Notes: generated by a model not told the origin, from the sequence alone. DNA of 64,000 nt from Limnothrix sp. BL-A-16 (GCA_041937175.2 CP166615.1:1664001-1728000); one strand, 5' to 3'. Numbered from the stretch's first letter, positions 1 through 12,198 are shown. Program-made: numbers and translations.

Positions 1-474
1 TCGTTGAGTGCGCCGCAGCTCCTCCTCCGCCTGTCGCTGCTGCGTCACATCAATCACCAAGCCATCCCAAAGCGTCCTCCCATCGGCCAACCGTTCCGGC
101 CGGGACACCAAGCGCAACCAACGCTCTTTCCCCGAGGGCAACATGAACGGCCCTTCCCAGTGAAAATCCGACAGGCTTTGCCGCGATCGCTCCGTGGCCT
201 GCTTCATCGCTTCCTGATCAGCCGGTGACAACATTCCAAACACCTGCGCCATGGCCGCCGGTTCCACCTCGAATAGCTCACGACAGCCGATCGAGGCGTA
301 GGGAAACGTCATCTCACCCGCCGCGTCTACTTGGAATTGGTAGACCACGCCCGGTAAGTTTTGCGTTAGACGATCAAACTGAGTTTGCTGCTGATGAACC
401 TTCAGGCGCAGGGTTTCCAGCTCTTGCTGAAGAGCATTGAACACTTCAGGTTCCAGAACAATCGAAGCAGTCAT
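1..474 (-). CDS. 5' part of a PAS/PAC-domain signalling protein; runs off the left edge of the window
   Basis: Manual translation (not in ORF track): MTASIVLEPEVFNALQQELE...NLPGVVYQFQVDAAGEMTFPYAS...DFHWEGPFMLPSGKERWLRLVSRPERLADGRTLWDGLVIDVTQQRQAEEEL, a typical PAS+PAC signature. Confidence 0.85.
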   Translation of the reverse strand, partial: MTASIVLEPEVFNALQQELETLRLKVHQQQTQFDRLTQNLPGVVYQFQVDAAGEMTFPYASIGCRELFEVEPAAMAQVFGMLSPADQEAMKQATERSRQSLSDFHWEGPFMLPSGKERWLRLVSRPERLADGRTLWDGLVIDVTQQRQAEEELRRTQR

Positions 475-1583
475 GGCAGGCGCAGGATGGGGAGAAGGAG
501 CAACTAGGAAGCAATTAGAGATGAACTAGAGCCAATTGGTCAGCCTTGGTGAGTAAATCTGAAGGGCAACTAGAGCCAATTGGTCAACCTCAATTGATTC
601 AAATTAATCACTTTAAAATGGTGAAATATGAGCGAAACATGATGAAAATTCAGCAAAAACACAATATTTTACGGCCCTGCTTTATGTCATGGCTCGTACC
701 TCAGTTGCAAAAAGAAATTCATGAGTTTGCTGGTGGAAATTGGCAGAAACTGACAGTAATTAATCACCGTTGATTCATGACTCAATCACAATCATCTGTA
801 AAAGCATCCACGATTACCATGCACGATCGATCTTTACGATTAATGATTACCATTCATCATGGTCACTAGCGATAGTCACTGATTATTGCATCCATAGCAA
901 TTGATCATTTCCCCCGAAACTAATCAACCATAGGAGTACAAAATCTGTGAATGCTGATTAATGATCTAGAAATGGTCGATCGGGGCAGGATTTCGGAATT
1001 GCAGATGAAATGCAACCTCAACTTGTGAAATTGCGCCCCAAGATTGCTCCAAAAGATCACCAATCTCCCAAACCCATGCCCAAAGTCAAGGCAGAACGTA
1101 GACGTTAGCAACTGAGCTGGCAAAAACGAAGAACCCAGCAGGGCTGACTCAAGGCGCTGCTGCCCAAAGGTTGGCTAGCATTTGTTTCGTTTTTGTGAAT
1201 GAATTTTCGAGAACCCGGATGATTTGACCCGATCGACCTGAGTTCAGCCTATTGACGCAAATCCGGGAGTGATGCATTTGCTGATAGTCTAAGTCTATTC
1301 ATCCAAGATCCCCAAGCATGAGGATGCCAAAGTTTTTTGAGGCTTGGAGATTGCAACTCAAAAATGTGCATCGGGATCGTGCCTCGGAAATGCGCAATCG
1401 AATCTTCAAATTGCAGTATTGGGTAGAGCAGTGACGGGTTTAGCTGCGATCGAGAGAGCATTAAGGCGGTGGTCATCCCTCGGACTCTCAACAAGACTGA
1501 AGAAGCACCCAAAACCGGATGATTACCCATGCATCACCCGTGAATCATTATCACTCTTTGCAGCAGAAGGGAGCGTAAGTAGA

Positions 1584-2015
1584 ATGGCTCAGCGGGCGAT
1601 CGCCCAATGGTGGCCTTTGGCTCAGTTGCCGGGGCTAAGTGCGAAGGATTTGTTGCAACTTCAGGAATTGGGATTGGTCGATACCCGATCGCTCCTGCGA
1701 TCGGCCGCGAGTCGCGATCAACAACGGGAGATCGCCGCCCAATTGCAGCTCCACGAGCACCATGTGCGTAAATGGGTTGCCTTGGCGGATTTGGCCCGGG
1801 TTCCCAGTGTTGGCCTAGATTACTGTGGTTTGCTGTTGCATTCAGGCATCATTAGCACCGTTCAACTGGCCCAGCAACCAACCCACAAACTCCATCAGCA
1901 GGTGTTGCGGTTGCATGTGCGAGAGTTGCAGCGGCGCAATCTTTGTCCCGGCCCGGGTGAGGTGACGCGCTGGATTTTGCAGGCCCGAGAGTTGGTGGGG
2001 CGATCGTCGTCCTGA
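1584..2015 (+). CDS. DUF4332-type helix-hairpin-helix protein
   Basis: WPLAQLPGLS...WVALADLARVPSVGLDYCGLLLHSGI pattern; ATG at 1584 chosen over the longer ORF start. Confidence 0.7.
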   Translation: MAQRAIAQWWPLAQLPGLSAKDLLQLQELGLVDTRSLLRSAASRDQQREIAAQLQLHEHHVRKWVALADLARVPSVGLDYCGLLLHSGIISTVQLAQQPTHKLHQQVLRLHVRELQRRNLCPGPGEVTRWILQARELVGRSSS

Positions 2016-2086
2016 TCGCCTCCCCCGATTGCTTGAGTCCCCAGTGGATTCCCAGTTAATTCCAGAGCGAATTCCAGCGGCGATGG

Positions 2087-3391
2087 CTAAATCACGCGCA
2101 GGACGCTAGCTACCGATCGAATGGCATCACTGGCGTGGATGTCGGCCAGGGCGGCGCGGAAGTCCCCTTCTCGCACCGCATGGGTGACCACCACCACTTG
2201 GGCTTCATCGCCGTTCACCTCCGTTTGCACCAGCGATTCCAAGCTGACCAGACGGTTCCCAAAGCAACTGCCGATATGGCCGATCGTGCCGGGGCGATCG
2301 CTCGTCAGGAAGCGAACATAGAACCGGGTTTCCAGGTCATCCAGCGAGGCGATGGGGCAAAAATCGCTGTGGCTACAAGCCAGCATGGGATTAATGACCG
2401 GTGTAGCCCGATCGCCCATGGCTTGCATGGCCGCCGCCACATTCAACACGTCGGAAACCACGGCGCTGGCGGTGGGGCCAGACCCGGCCCCGGGGCCAAA
2501 GAACATCACCTGCCCGATCGGCTGGCCTTCCACAAAAATTGCGTTGAATGCGCCATCCACGCGGGCTAGGGGGTGGCTGTGGGGCACAAGGGTGGGATGC
2601 ACCCGCAGAGATACGGCAGGCCCCTGGCGACGGGCGATCGCCAGCAATTTGATCGCAAAGCCCAACTTATCTGCGTAGGTGATATCCGTGGCGGTGATGT
2701 TGCGAATGCCTTCCGTATGCACCGCGTCCCGCTTGATGCGGCCTCCAAAGGCCAAAGATGCCAGGATTGCGATTTTGTCGGCTGCGTCCAGGCCATCCAC
2801 GTCGGCGGTGGGGTCGGCTTCCGCATAGCCCAACCGCTGGGCATCGGCGAGCACATCGCCAAAGTCGGCTCCTTCGGCGGTCATCCGCGACAGGATGTAG
2901 TTGGTGGTGCCGTTGATGATGCCGGTGATGCCATTGAGGCGATCGCCCCCCAGGGATTGCTTCAGGGGTTGAATAATCGGGATGCCGCCGCCCACGGCCG
3001 CTTCCAGCATCAAATAAACCCCCGCTTGCTTGGCCGCATCAAATAGCTCTGGGCCAAAGCGGGCGATCGCGGCTTTGTTGGCGGTCACCACATGTTTTCC
3101 GTGGCGAATGGCTTCCAACATCAGCGATCGCGCCGGTTCTAGTCCGCCAATCACCTCCACCACAATATCCACATTGGGATCGGTGACGATCGATTGCAAA
3201 TCGGTTGTGAGCTGTTCGCGGGGAATTTCCACCGGCCGGGGCTTATCAAGCGATCGGGCCCCCACCCGATAGAGTTCCAACGATTGCAGGAGCGGGCTGC
3301 GGCCGGTCGCGTCCAGCAAAATCTGCGCCACACCCGCTCCAACGGTTCCGAGACCCAACAGACCGACTTTGAAACCCACGACTTTTCCCAA
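2087..3391 (-). CDS. hom: Homoserine dehydrogenase with C-terminal ACT domain
   Basis: GLLGLGTVG Rossmann motif, HVVTANK, EAAVGGGIP, GIINGTTNYIL, GYAEADPTADVDG. Confidence 0.96.
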   Translation of the reverse strand: MGKVVGFKVGLLGLGTVGAGVAQILLDATGRSPLLQSLELYRVGARSLDKPRPVEIPREQLTTDLQSIVTDPNVDIVVEVIGGLEPARSLMLEAIRHGKHVVTANKAAIARFGPELFDAAKQAGVYLMLEAAVGGGIPIIQPLKQSLGGDRLNGITGIINGTTNYILSRMTAEGADFGDVLADAQRLGYAEADPTADVDGLDAADKIAILASLAFGGRIKRDAVHTEGIRNITATDITYADKLGFAIKLLAIARRQGPAVSLRVHPTLVPHSHPLARVDGAFNAIFVEGQPIGQVMFFGPGAGSGPTASAVVSDVLNVAAAMQAMGDRATPVINPMLACSHSDFCPIASLDDLETRFYVRFLTSDRPGTIGHIGSCFGNRLVSLESLVQTEVNGDEAQVVVVTHAVREGDFRAALADIHASDAIRSVASVLRVI

Positions 3392-3695
3392 CTTTCTCTA
3401 AACAATTCGTCCTGGGCCAGGGTGGCCACCCACGGGAGCCACTGACGGAGGAAACGCCCGATCGCAATTGGGATCGCTTGCTCAACGAGCCTGCTCAGCA
3501 AACCACCCAAACCAGTTTTCGGAGTTTCGCGATCGATCAAAGTCCCAATCGTCAAATTCCTGACCATGGATATTCTGACATTGGGCGGCCCGCTCAAACG
3601 GGCCGGTTCCCCGGGTTCACCCATCACCAAACGATCGCCAGGCAATCACCAGACAACGGCTGGGCGATCGCTAGACAACGGCTGGGCGATCGTCC

Positions 3696-3947
3696 CTAGG
3701 ATTCCGAATCCATTTGCTCTAGGTCGATTTGATTCAGGTCGATCGGTTGCAGTTGCGATTCAAAGGGCTTGGTGAATCGGGCGGCCGCAATTTCGTTTAG
3801 CTTGTCCAGCGGCGTATCCCAAATAAATTGGGTTGCAGCCTTGGCAAATTCCTGATTTGGGCATTGGTCACCCAAAGCACAACCATTGACACAGGCGGTT
3901 TTACAGTCGATCGACTGGGGATCCAGGGAATTCGTGATTTGGCTCAT
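3696..3947 (-). CDS. Small Cys-rich hypothetical protein
   Basis: CKTACVNGC...CPN motif, 83 aa from the ATG at 3947. Confidence 0.6.
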   Translation of the reverse strand: MSQITNSLDPQSIDCKTACVNGCALGDQCPNQEFAKAATQFIWDTPLDKLNEIAAARFTKPFESQLQPIDLNQIDLEQMDSES

Positions 3948-4047
3948 GGTGATGATTCCGGCTCTTCTCTGGCCCCTTAACATAGCTGATTTTCCCGTTC
4001 AAGCCATCGTAGGTAAGGTGACCTTGCGGGTCTCATCAACCGACACA

Positions 4048-4078
4048 GACAAGGGGCTTAAGCCCCTTGCCCCCACGA
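4048..4078. repeat. REP-like palindromic dispersed repeat, copy 1
   Basis: Perfect palindrome CAAGGGGCTTAAGCCCCTTG; also present at ~30336 and ~32290. Confidence 0.8.
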
Positions 4079-4201
4079 CTGCTAATGATTGCCCTCTACC
4101 ACAAGACACGCTTCAGATATCCTCTCAAAATCAGGGTTTCAAGGATTTTTGGTCGATCGCAAGTCGATCGCAGGTCGATCGCAGGGATCTAAAAACTCGC
4201 C

Positions 4202-4825
4202 TTAGCTGTGAACCCGTGCTTGGGGATGCAGCGTCGCCAAAACATTGCTTTCGATCGCCGCTAACTCCGCCAGCCGTTCCATCACCACCGGGCGATCGTA
4301 GTAGGTATCCGCCAAAACCCAATAAATCCCGTAATGTCGCGCTTCGGAAGCCATTAGGCTGCGATAGAAGGCCGCCAACTTCGGGTTAGGGCAATGTTGC
4401 GCCAACAGGCCTAGTCGTTCATGGCTACGGGCTTCGATTAGCCCCGCCACCAGCAGGGAATCCAGCAGGCGACCGGGTTCTTGGCGGCGAATTTGCGATC
4501 GCAGGGTGGCCCCATAGGGCGGAGCTGCCAAGGCCCGAGGGGCAATTTCCAGGCGATCGAGCCATTGGTTCACCTGTTCAAAATGCTCCAGCTCTTCCTG
4601 GGCGATCGCGGTGAGCTTGCGCACCAGCAGCGTTTTTGTGGGGTATTGGCCCATCAGTTGCAAGGCCACCCCGGCCGCCTTTCGCTCGCAGTTGGCATGA
4701 TCAATCAGCACCTCATCCAAATGGGCGATCGCCTGGTTCACCCAAGCTTGGGAGGTGGGCTGCTGCAAAAAACGCACCGAGGGCAACTCAGAAACGGCCG
4801 GCTGCGGCAGGGAAGGGGAAGACAT
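4202..4825 (-). CDS. miaE: tRNA-(ms2io6A) hydroxylase MiaE
   Basis: DHANCERKAA, EELEHF, IEARSHER, SEARHY di-iron motifs. Confidence 0.93.
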   Translation of the reverse strand: MSSPSLPQPAVSELPSVRFLQQPTSQAWVNQAIAHLDEVLIDHANCERKAAGVALQLMGQYPTKTLLVRKLTAIAQEELEHFEQVNQWLDRLEIAPRALAAPPYGATLRSQIRRQEPGRLLDSLLVAGLIEARSHERLGLLAQHCPNPKLAAFYRSLMASEARHYGIYWVLADTYYDRPVVMERLAELAAIESNVLATLHPQARVHS

Positions 4826-5143
4826 GGCGATCGGGAGGAAATTGCAAAGAACTTGAATTGTCGATGAAGTAATCGATCGGGCAAGTTCACCAACCTGGCG
4901 ATCGATCGGGCGATCGATTGGGCGATCGACTCAATGCGAACAAATCCAGTGAACCAGGCCATTGAACAACTGGGCAACCCAAGAGACCAAAACACCTCAA
5001 ACCGGCCGCGGGCGATCGGGACTGCCTCGAAACCATCCCGGAATTCGCGAAATACAATGGCAAACGTTTCCTAGCCGATCGGGCCAGTTCGCCGCCCCGT
5101 CCGCAACCTACGCCGCCGCCCCTCACTCTCCCCACCCCCGTCT

Positions 5144-6889
5144 ATGGCCGTCGCTCGCAAAGCCAAAGCCCGCCCCACGAAAGCCAAAAAACGCAACACC
5201 AAAACCAAGAAAAAACGCAATCAGAAACGCAAAAATGCCAAGGTCAAAGTTGATCCCAAGGAGCTGAAAAAGCGCCAGCGGGAACAAGCCAAAGCTCGCC
5301 AAGCCTTTATTCAATCCCTCACACCGTCCCTCATTGTGGGTGTGATTTTAGGGGCAATCGCCGCCGTTACTGTTGATCCCAAAATGGGCGTAGTGGCCGG
5401 TGCGGCCATTCCGGTTTTGTCCCTGTCCTTGAAATATCCGCGTCAGGCCTTTTGGGGCTTTTTAATGTATTTGCCCCTCAGCGGCACGGTTACCTACGCC
5501 TTGGGTGGCAGCGTGGTGTTGCAATTGGCCAAAGACGGGATTTATTTACCTGCTTTGATTGGCATTTGGCGATCGTGTCGGCAAATGAGGATCCCGTTTT
5601 GGGCCTCGAAAGCCCTGAAACCCACGCTTCTGATTTTGTTGACTTGCTCCGTAATTACGCTGCTGTCCGTGAATGGAATGCAGCAGCTTAAAAAGCCCTT
5701 CCCCGACGACAAATCGCCCCTTGCTTTGGGGATTTTGGGCTTCAAGGTTTTCATGGGCTATATTCCCATTATCTTCTGTACCTATCACCTAATTCGCAGC
5801 AAAAAAGAACTGCTCTTTGCCACGCGAATCACATCGGTTTTGGCCATTATTTGTTGTGCATTAGCCTATGTGCAATATTACTTTCTACTGACGGGGCGCT
5901 GTGCGGGCACTGACCACTTGGAAGGATCGGGATTGTTTAAGGCCTCGATCGATGCTCGTTGTTTTGTGGGTGGCTCCTTGGTGTGGAGTCCATCGCAAAA
6001 CATGGTGCGATTACCGGGAACCTTTGTGGCCCCTTGGCAGTGGGCTTGGTTCCTAATTTCCAATGCCTTTTTTACCTATACGACGGCTTTTAATGACCCA
6101 TCTCCCCTGTGGCGGCTGATTGGCTTGGGAGCCATGGGTGGCATCTTCATGAATGCGGTGATTTCAGGCCAGCGAATTGCCTTGGCGCTCGTGCCAGTGG
6201 TGACGGTGATTCTGTTGGTTTTAACGGGACAAGTCACCAACTTAAAACGCTTTTTGCCGATCGCCCTCGGTTTGGTGTTGCTGTTGGGTGGCGCTGCGGT
6301 TTTATTCCCTGATGTGTTGCAAGAGCGGATCGATAGTTTCACCAGTCGTTGGGCTGCTTCTCCGGCCGATGAATTCATTGGGGAACAGTTTGGATTTGTG
6401 CTTAAAAAAGCCCAAAACAATCCGTTTGGAGCGGGCTTAGGCCGAGCCACCAACTCAGCGCGGGTTTTTGGTCGCACAACCTTGATTGAAACCTGGTTTC
6501 CCAAGGTGATGTGGGAGGTGGGTTTTCCGGGCATTGCGGCGTTTTTGGCCTTCGTAACGGTGATTACCGTAACCACGTTTAAGGCCTATCGATCGGTCAA
6601 GGAAAAAAATCTGCGCGGCATCGGAGCCAGCTATTGGGTGTTTGTGCTGTTCATCAGTTATCAAACCTATTACTACCCGTTGGATGTGGATCCAGTGGCG
6701 GTTTATTACTGGTATGCAGTCGGGGTGCTGTTGCGATTGCCCGAGATCGATCGCGCCGATCGCAAGCAACGACTCCTAAACTCTGAGGACGATTCAGAAG
6801 ACTTAGAGGCAGATTTAACCGATGATTTAGAGGAATCAGCCAATAATGGAACCAGCCGCCGGGGAACCGCCAAGGCCGCTCCCGGTTAG
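5144..6889 (+). CDS. Polytopic membrane protein, HpsL-like (hormogonium polysaccharide / O-antigen ligase-like)
   Basis: Many TM segments; RLPGTFVAPWQWAWFL, GAGLGRATNSAR, YYYPLDVDPVAVYYW; Lys-rich N-terminus. Confidence 0.7.
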   Translation: MAVARKAKARPTKAKKRNTKTKKKRNQKRKNAKVKVDPKELKKRQREQAKARQAFIQSLTPSLIVGVILGAIAAVTVDPKMGVVAGAAIPVLSLSLKYPRQAFWGFLMYLPLSGTVTYALGGSVVLQLAKDGIYLPALIGIWRSCRQMRIPFWASKALKPTLLILLTCSVITLLSVNGMQQLKKPFPDDKSPLALGILGFKVFMGYIPIIFCTYHLIRSKKELLFATRITSVLAIICCALAYVQYYFLLTGRCAGTDHLEGSGLFKASIDARCFVGGSLVWSPSQNMVRLPGTFVAPWQWAWFLISNAFFTYTTAFNDPSPLWRLIGLGAMGGIFMNAVISGQRIALALVPVVTVILLVLTGQVTNLKRFLPIALGLVLLLGGAAVLFPDVLQERIDSFTSRWAASPADEFIGEQFGFVLKKAQNNPFGAGLGRATNSARVFGRTTLIETWFPKVMWEVGFPGIAAFLAFVTVITVTTFKAYRSVKEKNLRGIGASYWVFVLFISYQTYYYPLDVDPVAVYYWYAVGVLLRLPEIDRADRKQRLLNSEDDSEDLEADLTDDLEESANNGTSRRGTAKAAPG

Positions 6890-6975
6890 TATCTGGTTTT
6901 AGCATCTCGCTATTTTTGTGCCAGTCTTGTGGGATTGAATCAACGAATCGTCAGGAGCGTCAGGGAGCTTTGTGG

Positions 6976-7893
6976 ATGAGACTGACACCCAACACCAAGG
7001 TTTTGATTTGTGGGATTGCCGAACCGCTGGCGATCGCCCATGTGCCGCTGATGAGGGACTACGGCACACAGGTGCTGGCGGGTGTCAGCCCCGGCGAAGG
7101 GGGCCGATCGATCAATGAAATTCCCGTTTTTGATTTGGTAGAAGAGGCGATCGCCACGGTGGGGCCGATCGATGTGGTGATTGTTTTTTCGCCAGCCTAT
7201 GCGGCGGTGGATGCGGCTTTGGAGGCGATCGCGGCCGGCATTCGCCAGGTGGTGATGGTGTCGGCCGGTGTGCCGCCGTTGGATATGGTGCGCCTGGTGC
7301 GGCGGGCAGAGGCCACCGATACGTTGGTGCTGGGCCCCAATTGCCCGGGAATTATTGTGCCGGGACAGGTGTTGTTGGGAATGCACCCGGCCGAATGCTA
7401 TCAACCGGGGTCGATCGGGATTGTCAGCCGATGCAGCACCCTGGCCTATGAGGTGGCGCTGCAACTGACGCGGGCTGGGTTTGGTCAATCGATCGCCGCT
7501 TGCATTGGGGCCGATCGCGTGGTGGGATCGTCGTTGCTGCAGTGGCTGCAAATGCTGGATGAGGACGATCGCACCGAGGCCATTGTGCTGATTGGCGAAG
7601 TCAGCGGCGATGGGGAACTGCGGGCCGCGCGTTACATTGCCGAAACGATCGATAAACCCGTAATTGCCTACATTGCCGGACACTTTGCCCCCGTGAACCG
7701 CTCGATCGGCCATGCCAACCAGATCGTGGCCTCGCGCACGGAGTTGGGCAAACGGGGCAAAACCGATGTGGCTACCAAGGTCGCCGCCCTCAAGGCCGCC
7801 AAGGTGAGAGTGGCCGATCGGCCCTCCAAAATTCCCGAGCTATTGCAAAGGGCCCTGAACACCAAAGCCAAGGCCCCTAGTGCTAAGTCGTAA
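6976..7893 (+). CDS. sucD: Succinyl-CoA ligase alpha subunit (cyanobacterial type)
   Basis: GVSPGEGG, LGPNCPGIIVPG, IVLIGE, phospho-acceptor His retained in IGHA. Confidence 0.88.
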   Translation: MRLTPNTKVLICGIAEPLAIAHVPLMRDYGTQVLAGVSPGEGGRSINEIPVFDLVEEAIATVGPIDVVIVFSPAYAAVDAALEAIAAGIRQVVMVSAGVPPLDMVRLVRRAEATDTLVLGPNCPGIIVPGQVLLGMHPAECYQPGSIGIVSRCSTLAYEVALQLTRAGFGQSIAACIGADRVVGSSLLQWLQMLDEDDRTEAIVLIGEVSGDGELRAARYIAETIDKPVIAYIAGHFAPVNRSIGHANQIVASRTELGKRGKTDVATKVAALKAAKVRVADRPSKIPELLQRALNTKAKAPSAKS

Positions 7894-7924
7894 TCGGTTG
7901 AGCTAGATCTGCTCTGCGGCGAAC

Positions 7925-8188
7925 CTAAGAAGCAGCCAGCAACTCATCTAGCTTGCCTTCCTGTTCCAGGGCGTGGATATCATCACAGCCGCCCACATGC
8001 TGGTTATTGATAAAAATTTGGGGAACCGATCGCCGACCATTGGCCCGTTCCGCCATCTTGGCCCGCCCTGGCTCATCGCCGTCTAGGACATATTCCGTAT
8101 AGTTCACCCCTTTGCGGTCGAGCAATCGCTTGGCCCGAATGCAAAAGGGGCAAGTTGTCCAGAGATAAATTTCAACGTTGGCAGCCAT
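7925..8188 (-). CDS. grxC: Glutaredoxin 3
   Basis: CPFC active site, SVPQIFI, GGCDD. Confidence 0.95.
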   Translation of the reverse strand: MAANVEIYLWTTCPFCIRAKRLLDRKGVNYTEYVLDGDEPGRAKMAERANGRRSVPQIFINNQHVGGCDDIHALEQEGKLDELLAAS

Positions 8189-8381
8189 AGGACGCGATCG
8201 CAGTGGTGTTCAAGATTTATGAAGGATTGTATCTAGTTTCTCGATCGCTTGTGGCCTAGCCCAGGTGCCAGCCCGCCTTCAGACACCAGAAGGGCGATCG
8301 CCCCGTCGGTCGATCGCCCTTCTATTCAGACCCAGTTGAGCCAAGACGCATTGGGATCAGCACCCCAGCGAGCCACCGCGA

Positions 8382-11300
8382 TCAACCGGTGTTCCGCATT
8401 CCGGCCGCAATTCCGTTAATGGTCAGCAGGGCCCCGCGCAACAGCTCGCTGCGGCTATAGCGCGATCGCGCCATGCCGGTGGCTGACTGTTGTTTGTGTT
8501 GGCGTAACCGCTTGAGCAACGACGCTTGCAGGAAGCCCAGGGGCACGATCGTGCCGTTGCGCAACTGCACCGATCGCTGCAACGCCGGGTCTCCATCCAA
8601 CAGGCGATCGTGGCCCGTAATTTTCAGCACCAGATCCCGAGTCGTCATGTACTCATGGGCAATTTGCTCAAACAGCGCCTCAAACCGATCTCGGTTGGCC
8701 GGCTGCGTCAACTCATTGGTGTAGTGGCGGGCAATTTGCAGATCCACCTTCGCCAGGGTCATTTCCACCTTCGAGATTGCCATCTTGAAGAACGGCCACT
8801 TGAAGTAGAAATATTGCAGTAGCTTCAGGTGTTCTTCCGGCTCCTGATCCACAAAGTCTTGCAGGGCCGTGCCCACCCCATACCAAGCGGGCAACAGGAA
8901 GCGGCTTTGGGTCCAGCTAAACACCCAGGGAATGGCCCGCAGGCTGCTGAGATCCTTCTTGCCACCCCGGCGGGCCGGCCGCGAAGAGATTTGCAATTGA
9001 CTAATTTCCTCGATCGGGGTGACCTCATGGAAAAAGTCAATGAAATCCGGTTGTTCGTAAATCAGCGATCGGTAATGTTCCCGCGATCGCGCCGACAGGG
9101 ACTCCACAATCTCATTCCAAGCCTCGATGTCATCAAACCCCGTGCCCAGCAGGCTTGATTGAATCGTGGCGGCGGCCACCTTCTCCAGGTTATAGAGCGC
9201 CAACTCGGGCAAGGAATATTTGGAAGCCAGCACTTCCCCTTGCTCCGTGATTTTGATCCGGCCTTGGATACTGCGGCCCGGTTGGGCCAAGATGGCTTCG
9301 TAAGCTGGGCCGCCGCCACGCCCCACGGATCCACCGCGCCCGTGGAAAATCTTGAGGGCCACCCCAAAGCGATCGGCCACCCCTTGCAGCGCCTTTTGGG
9401 CCTTGTGAATTTCCCAATTACTGCTGAGGAAGCCCGAATCCTTGTTACTGTCCGAATAACCGAGCATCACCTCTTGCTGATTGCTGGTGGGGGTGTGGGG
9501 GCGCATTTTGGCAAATTCTGCGCCCGTTTGCCCTTCGGTGGCCGCTTCCAAAACGGCATCGAGGCGATCGTAGCCACCCGCCAACAATGCGCGGTAAAGC
9601 CGCATGGAGAACAGCCCCTCCATCACCGACGGCGCACATTTCAAATCTTCCACCGTCTCAAACAGCGGCACAACGCGCAGGGTTCCTGACCCGGTGGCGG
9701 GGTCATAGAGGCCCGCTTCCTTAGCCAGCAACAACACCTCCAGCAGATCGCTGGCGTTGTGGCTCATGCTGATGATGTAGGTTTGGCAGACTCCGGGGCC
9801 AAACTCGTGCTGTAGCTGCCGCACCACCCGCAGGGTTTCGATCGCCTCGCGGGTTTTGTCGGAAAAGGGCAACTCCGCCGGAATCAGAGGACGACGGGTG
9901 CTTAATTCCTGCACCAGCCAGGCCGTTCGTTCTGCCTCGTCCATGTCCCGATAGGGCTTGGGCAACAGTTGCAGATATTCCGTGATCTCATCGATCGCAG
10001 CCGAGTGACGGCTGCTCTCTTGGCGAATATCCAAATGGGCCAAACTAAACCCAAAAATTTCCACCCGACAGATCAGATCTTCCAAATCCGAGCAAACTAA
10101 GCCCGTTTGTTGCAAACTGCGCCGAATGAGGTTCAATTCTGCCAAAAATTCCGTGCCCGATCGATAGATGCTGACCGGATTGTTTTCCAACATATCCGAG
10201 TGCAATTCATCTCCTTCATAGAGCCGGTTCGATCGAGCCAGGGTGTTAATCAACCGCTGTTCAATGTAAGCCAGCTTCAGGCGATAGGGTTCTTGGCGGA
10301 AACGCACCGCATATTTTTCGTAAATATCCGGTAGTCGAGCCTGCTCCTGCTCCAAGGATTCCAGCAGCTCCGGCAGCACATCGCTCCAGTGCAAAGAAAG
10401 GCTCAACAAACTGCTGAGACTTTTCACCGATTGCAGATATTTCTTCAGCACCAAGTTGCGCTGATAGCAAGCGGTTTTCCAGGTCACTTCTGGAGTCACG
10501 GAAGGGTTGCCATCGCGATCGGAACCCACCCAAGATCCAAACCGACAAAAATCGAAACGGGGCGGAGTCAGGCCCGGAAATGATGATTTCAAGGCCCGAT
10601 CGAACCGGTGATAGAGCTGGGGAATCACCTCAAACAGCACTTCTTCAAAATAGTGCAAGGCGTAGTCCACCTCATCGAGCACCGTTGGCTTGAATTGGTG
10701 TAATTCATCAGTGCGCCACCAAAGGCGAATTTCCTCCGTGAGTTTTTGGCGCAGGGTTTGGGCCTCGATCGAGGTGCTTAATCCCCGATCGCGCAAATCT
10801 TCCTCCACCAAATCCAGCTCCCGTAAAATTTTCACCAACCGCCGCTGTTTGTCGCGAATCGTGTGGCGCACAATTTCCGTCGGGTGAGCCGTAAAGACCA
10901 ACTGAATATCCAATTGATCAATCAGCTTTTGAATTTGCCGAGGCGGCACATTCAATTGTTGCAAATAGGGAAATAGCCAATAGAACGTCCCGCAATTATC
11001 CGGAATTTGATCTGGCTTCGGAATGCTCCGCTCCAGCACCTTTGCTTCAATTCCGCCCTTCGATTCAGGATTGTCAAAGGGACTATGGTTGCTAAAAAGC
11101 TTCGTCGAAATGGGTTGGCTACTGGCGGTTTCGTATTGCCGTTGTTGATCGCGTTGTTCGTAATGTTGCTCAACGATATTAATCAGTTGAAAATAAAGGG
11201 CAAAGGCACGCGCAGCCCGAATTGCCGAATTAAGGTCTAGGTTTTCAACCAGCTTCAAAACATCAGCTTCGCAAAAATCAGCGGCTTGGCCGTCCGGTGC

Positions 11301-11501
11301 GCAGAGATCCAACAGTCGATCTAGCAGGGATACCAATTCCTGACCGCACTCCTGTTGCAACACCTGCCGCCACAGGTCTTCCATCACCTTGAGACGATGC
11401 CGCAAAAACAAGTCTGATGCCGAGGCTGCGGCAACTTCTCGATCGAGCGAATGGATGGTCGAACTCATAGAGCGATCGGCTGGCTCGGTAAGGTTGGTCA
11501 T
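8382..11501 (-). CDS. ppc: Phosphoenolpyruvate carboxylase
   Basis: [44 protein letters not shown]-terminal GMRNTG. Confidence 0.98.
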   Translation of the reverse strand: MTNLTEPADRSMSSTIHSLDREVAAASASDLFLRHRLKVMEDLWRQVLQQECGQELVSLLDRLLDLCAPDGQAADFCEADVLKLVENLDLNSAIRAARAFALYFQLINIVEQHYEQRDQQRQYETASSQPISTKLFSNHSPFDNPESKGGIEAKVLERSIPKPDQIPDNCGTFYWLFPYLQQLNVPPRQIQKLIDQLDIQLVFTAHPTEIVRHTIRDKQRRLVKILRELDLVEEDLRDRGLSTSIEAQTLRQKLTEEIRLWWRTDELHQFKPTVLDEVDYALHYFEEVLFEVIPQLYHRFDRALKSSFPGLTPPRFDFCRFGSWVGSDRDGNPSVTPEVTWKTACYQRNLVLKKYLQSVKSLSSLLSLSLHWSDVLPELLESLEQEQARLPDIYEKYAVRFRQEPYRLKLAYIEQRLINTLARSNRLYEGDELHSDMLENNPVSIYRSGTEFLAELNLIRRSLQQTGLVCSDLEDLICRVEIFGFSLAHLDIRQESSRHSAAIDEITEYLQLLPKPYRDMDEAERTAWLVQELSTRRPLIPAELPFSDKTREAIETLRVVRQLQHEFGPGVCQTYIISMSHNASDLLEVLLLAKEAGLYDPATGSGTLRVVPLFETVEDLKCAPSVMEGLFSMRLYRALLAGGYDRLDAVLEAATEGQTGAEFAKMRPHTPTSNQQEVMLGYSDSNKDSGFLSSNWEIHKAQKALQGVADRFGVALKIFHGRGGSVGRGGGPAYEAILAQPGRSIQGRIKITEQGEVLASKYSLPELALYNLEKVAAATIQSSLLGTGFDDIEAWNEIVESLSARSREHYRSLIYEQPDFIDFFHEVTPIEEISQLQISSRPARRGGKKDLSSLRAIPWVFSWTQSRFLLPAWYGVGTALQDFVDQEPEEHLKLLQYFYFKWPFFKMAISKVEMTLAKVDLQIARHYTNELTQPANRDRFEALFEQIAHEYMTTRDLVLKITGHDRLLDGDPALQRSVQLRNGTIVPLGFLQASLLKRLRQHKQQSATGMARSRYSRSELLRGALLTINGIAAGMRNTG

Positions 11502-11676
11502 GCTCCCTAGATTATAGGAAGGCGGGGCTTTAGAAACCCATCCGCATCCCGCCAGCTCGCCAGCGGGTGGGTTGTTGATGAGGGAAGGGAAACCTGAATC
11601 CTGTTTGGGTTTGGGGGTGGGCAGTTCCCCCCCAAGGAGGCCACATGGTGCATGAAATCCCGGATGGATTGTGCGT

Positions 11677-12198
11677 TTAAACGGCCCCAGAATCGGTATA
11701 GCCCTGTACGGTTTCCGGGTTTTGCAGCCGAATTAAATCATTTGCTTGGCGGGTTTGCATCGGATCAAGATTTTTGATCACCAACAGGTATTGATCTTGG
11801 TCAAGTCGATTGCGATAGGCCAGCACATCGCCGTTACCTCCCGTCAGGCCCAGGCCGCCCCCAACGGTCACGCTGCCCATGGCTCCCCCGATCGCCCCCA
11901 ACAGGCCACCCACCAGGTGATTGCCCACCGGGCCGGCCCATTCCGTGAAGGTTTGCAACCCCGTTGCCAAGCTGAATCCCACACCGGCCAAAAAGCCAAA
12001 GGGAATCGTCCAAAAAGCCATCATCTTAATTTGGCGACGAGCCTGCTGGCTGGGGTCAATGAATCCAAATTCATCGGCGGTTTTGTAGCCCTTGCCCAAA
12101 ATGGCCATTTGCTTGAGGTCAAAGCCTGCCGCTTCCAGGGCCGTGTAAGCCGCTTCCACGCCCATGCGATCGGCAAAGACAGCAATTAGGTAGTTCAT
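11677..12198 (-). CDS. Conserved membrane protein (general-stress-protein-like)
   Basis: 173 aa with two Gly-rich TM segments. Confidence 0.65.
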   Translation of the reverse strand: MNYLIAVFADRMGVEAAYTALEAAGFDLKQMAILGKGYKTADEFGFIDPSQQARRQIKMMAFWTIPFGFLAGVGFSLATGLQTFTEWAGPVGNHLVGGLLGAIGGAMGSVTVGGGLGLTGGNGDVLAYRNRLDQDQYLLVIKNLDPMQTRQANDLIRLQNPETVQGYTDSGAV

